Assembly: GCF_036321535.1 (NCBI RefSeq)
Contig: NC_087436.1
Coordinates: 18,912,001-18,976,000 of the forward strand
Reading direction: 5' to 3'
Length of the DNA: 64,000 bases
DNA from: Camelus dromedarius
Taxonomy: Eukaryota
Numbering within the stretch: position 1 is the stretch's first letter; every line of letters starts with the position of its first letter. Positions 60,671 to 64,000 of the stretch are shown piece by piece. Made by a program: the position numbers and the translations under genes. The notes beneath the pieces were generated by a model that did no database searches, was not told the origin of the DNA, and worked only from the letters and a program-made list of their open reading frames with translations.

Positions 60671-63574
60671 GCTATTAGCAAAGCAGTGGCTTTGGGTGAC
60701 AGCAAGTGTTTTTGTCTTGCATAAATTGTCTCTGGGAGTAATTTACACAATCATGGAAGCAACATCAAGGTTTTCAGGTCATTGAATTCTTGGTTATTGT
60801 CCTGCTAGCCAGGAGGGGAAATTAATGCTTACTTGACTTAATGCCTGACTTATAGTCAAATATTAAATTCCTTCTAATTTTTATCCTCCTTTCACTGCTA
60901 CATTGAGGTGAATCCCTTGCCTTTAATCTTATAAACAGTGAACTCATCTTCTACTTCATTTCCTGACAATGCCAATTCCTTTAACTCTGATCACTTGACC
61001 CATTTGAGGTCTTGCTTCTGTCCTTAGACCTGATATGTGCTGTAGTTTCTCTTTCCCTCCTCCTTTGAGATTTTTAGCCATGTTTTGACTATTCTTTTTG
61101 GGGTCTTATAGGATATTTACCTCTAAGGATATACCCTGGCCCCTGGCACTATGATCAGTGTTCTTGTAGGGTTTCCCTTACAGCACCCATTTTTTTCTTG
61201 GCCACCCCATTAGTAAGATGCCATTGAAGAGAACACTACCTGCCTTCTCAGAGGAATTCTTGACAGTTGTCACTGAACTTAATACTTACCGACATACTTT
61301 TGTATCTTCACAGCTTCCCAGGATTTTAACTATGTAGTCTTCCCTTATAGAATCTCACCATTGATGAGAACAGAGAGAGGAGGGGGGAAATATAATATTG
61401 CTACTTTAGAATAAGCAATTGTTTTCTGGGGGAAAAATGTCTATAACTACTGGCGAATGTGAAGAACAAAAGAAATCGCACTTTAGATAGGCAAAATTTA
61501 ACAAAGATTTTTTGAGGGAAAGAATTTCTTGCCTTTTAGGACATGATTTTTTTGTATCTCTTGAGGCAGAGAACAATGAACGGCCCTGATGATTTAGACA
61601 TTCACCAGTCAGAGTAATTTGGATGTCACTCTCTGAAATTAGTGGTCTTCAATTTTTCTTCTACCTCGGGTTAGACTTGCAAGCAAAGGCTGTGGGTCCC
61701 CAGGGCATTATTCTTTTAGAAAAAGAACAAGCCCAGCAGCTTCCAAGTCGGGGAAACCTAATTTTTGAGGTTTTCGATTGCTAGTGGAATTCAGTGTTCT
61801 ATGTGATAATTCTTGTTATCATCGATAAATGAAAATTATCTAAATATGTTAAAAGAAAACCCCTGGCAAATTGGTTCTTTTCTACTGAATTCTTCTTATT
61901 TGCTAATCATAACAAAATATTTATATAATTATATCTATATTTTACTATTTAAATTTTTTTGATGAATTCTTTAAATTTTCTTCATAAAATTGATGATGCC
62001 AATCCAACCACTTTTGCTTGGGTAAATTCTTTCCTTGGTGCTGAGTGTAACCCTCTAATCCCAGCTGTCACTTATGACAAATTAGGGCTTCCAGGCCCAC
62101 AAACACATATCCTGCAGGTCACATGTCCCAGAGATGGAGAATGTGATTTCTCCCAAGGGCCGGCTCTGCAGACCATTATATCATCACACACTCTGAGAGA
62201 GTCTCCCTTTTCCAGACTTACTGAGCCCCCTTTGATTGTGCAGCATCTTTACCTCTGACCTCTAAGCAGGGTCATTGTTGTAACAGCCACAAGAAAGCTT
62301 TCAGGAATGAATGAGTGCTTAGAGAAATCAGGGAGCATGCTCTGTCCAGCACAGTGATCATTTCTGACAATGCTGATAGAGGAACTTCTTCTGCAGGCCA
62401 TTGATTTCAGTGTCAGGCAGATGAAAAGTAGCATATTGATGAGCCTTTGTCATTACTTTGCCAACAGTGTCTTGTCAAATAAAAGACCAGTAGAGGAAAC
62501 CAACTTAAGACAGGCCATCACATCAATTTTCTTGGTGCTGAAGGGAAGGGAATGAGCTGTGATATTTAAACTAATCGATGCCTATAAAGACACTCTTAAA
62601 CTCTTAAGATAAACTGGTTTGTTTTGCAAAAAATAAAAAAGAAGAAGAGTAGTCTACAGAAAGGATAAAGGAAAATGGGCCACAGATATTGAAGTCAGAG
62701 ATTCCCACTCACGGTGATAGTGAACCCTAGCTGACCGTGTTCACCGCTACCCAAATCAGCAGCCAACAGAGCTGTTTTCCTTCCATGGGAGGCATCTTGC
62801 AAAGCAACTCTTTCCATCCCAAGAACTTGTAACTAAATCCATTTGCACTGCAGGCTTTTGTGCTTTTCCCATATAACTTCATTCTGTCAGCTCATCACCA
62901 GCAGTGTAATGAGAAAGGGATGCCAAGATATCATGTTACCAGAATATCATAATTGACATAGCGAATGTCTAGTCTTTCCTGCCTCACTTGGCTCGATGAC
63001 TCCTGTAGGTGCTCAAAGGTTCTTGGGGATCTGACTTGGTGTATACTCTGGGCAGGGAAAAAAGGGCCCTTTGCAGGTGAGAGCTTTGACAGAGTACAAA
63101 AGGGCAAGAATGAAATAGCCTGTTTTTAAAAGAAGAATACTAGCAAAGTCCTGTTTAAGTTATTTGGACCACAGCACAAGTCCCAACTTTAGAAAAGACT
63201 TCCGACTGAATTTCAGAGAGGAAATATTTTTAAGGGTCAAAAAAAAATGACTAAGTTTAAATAGGTTAGTAACCAGTTCCCACTTTGCTGCCTTTCTTTC
63301 TTTTTAAAAATTTTTTACTCTTTATGTGAAAATTCTCTGATACTTACCAATGCTTCAGAAAATTCGTCCTCACCAATTCTGTAGCCCAGCTCCCCACACC
63401 TCCCTTGACTCCTTCCCAAGCACTGCTGTGCTCTTGGGCCTGATGCCATTCCTCATGGTCCTGGATAGGTGGCCTCGAACAGTTCATGTAGTTCCCTGAG
63501 CCCTACCTTTAGCGGGCTGGCAGTGCGGAGGACTGAACATACGCATTGTGCAATGCTTCAGGGGAAAGTATGTT

Positions 63575-64000
63575 TACTACTATATGGTCCAACAATTCAA
63601 CTTCTAGGAGTGTATCCAAAAAAACAAAAAAAAAACCCCACTATCTCCAAAAAGATATCTGCACTCCCACATTCATAGCAGTATCATTTACAATCACCAA
63701 GCCACAGAAACAATCTAAATGAAGAAATAAGGAAGTTGTGAGTTTATTTATTTATATATATTTCAGCCCTAAAAAGGAGGAAATCCTGCCACTTGTGACA
63801 ACATTGATGGACCCTGAAGGCATTATACTAAGTGAAGTAAGTCAGATAAAGAAAGACAAATACTGTATGACCTCACTTATACATGGAGTCAAAAACCACC
63901 ACCACCAACAACAAAAAGAATCCACACCAAACTTGTAGTAAAAGAAATCAGATTGTGGTTACTAGAGGTGGGAGATAGAGAAGGGGAAACTGGAGGAAGG
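63575..64000 (+). mobile_element. L1 fragment (ORF2 C-terminus into the 3' UTR), running off the window
   Basis: ORF 63738-63938 reads KKEEILPLVTTLMDPEGIILSEVSQIKKDKYCMTSL. Confidence 0.88.

Noticed and set aside
1..64000. A novel multi-gene system or an identifiable host gene
   Set aside because: I found no coding exon chain, RNA gene or unexplained large-scale structure. The locus cannot be named without an alignment search.

Overview
This is a 64 kb window of AT-rich mammalian non-coding DNA, either intergenic or deep inside a large intron. It is most likely camelid (alpaca, llama or camel), because it holds four copies of a tRNA-derived Vic-1-like SINE together with cetartiodactyl-type L1 3' ends. 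I could not identify any protein-coding exon, RNA gene or CRISPR array. The only ORFs with recognisable homology are decayed L1 ORF2p C-terminal fragments. Much of the window is interspersed repeat: L1 of several ages, L2, MIR, MLT1/MER34/MER41-like solo LTRs, Tigger13a, MER5A/MER20/MER91A and microsatellites. Family names come from recalled consensus sequences, not a search, and most boundaries are approximate. The best-supported observations concern retrotransposition mechanics: a twin-primed 5'-inverted L1, two L1s inserted at the same target site, an L1 nested in a chimeric L1 insertion, two tail-only insertions with perfect TSDs, and a SINE lacking its B-box. Weaker observations are several candidate non-coding exons (mostly minus strand, 32-43 kb) in a CpG-retaining region and a few enhancer- or CTCF-like motif clusters. 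I do not see evidence for a new biological system in this window.
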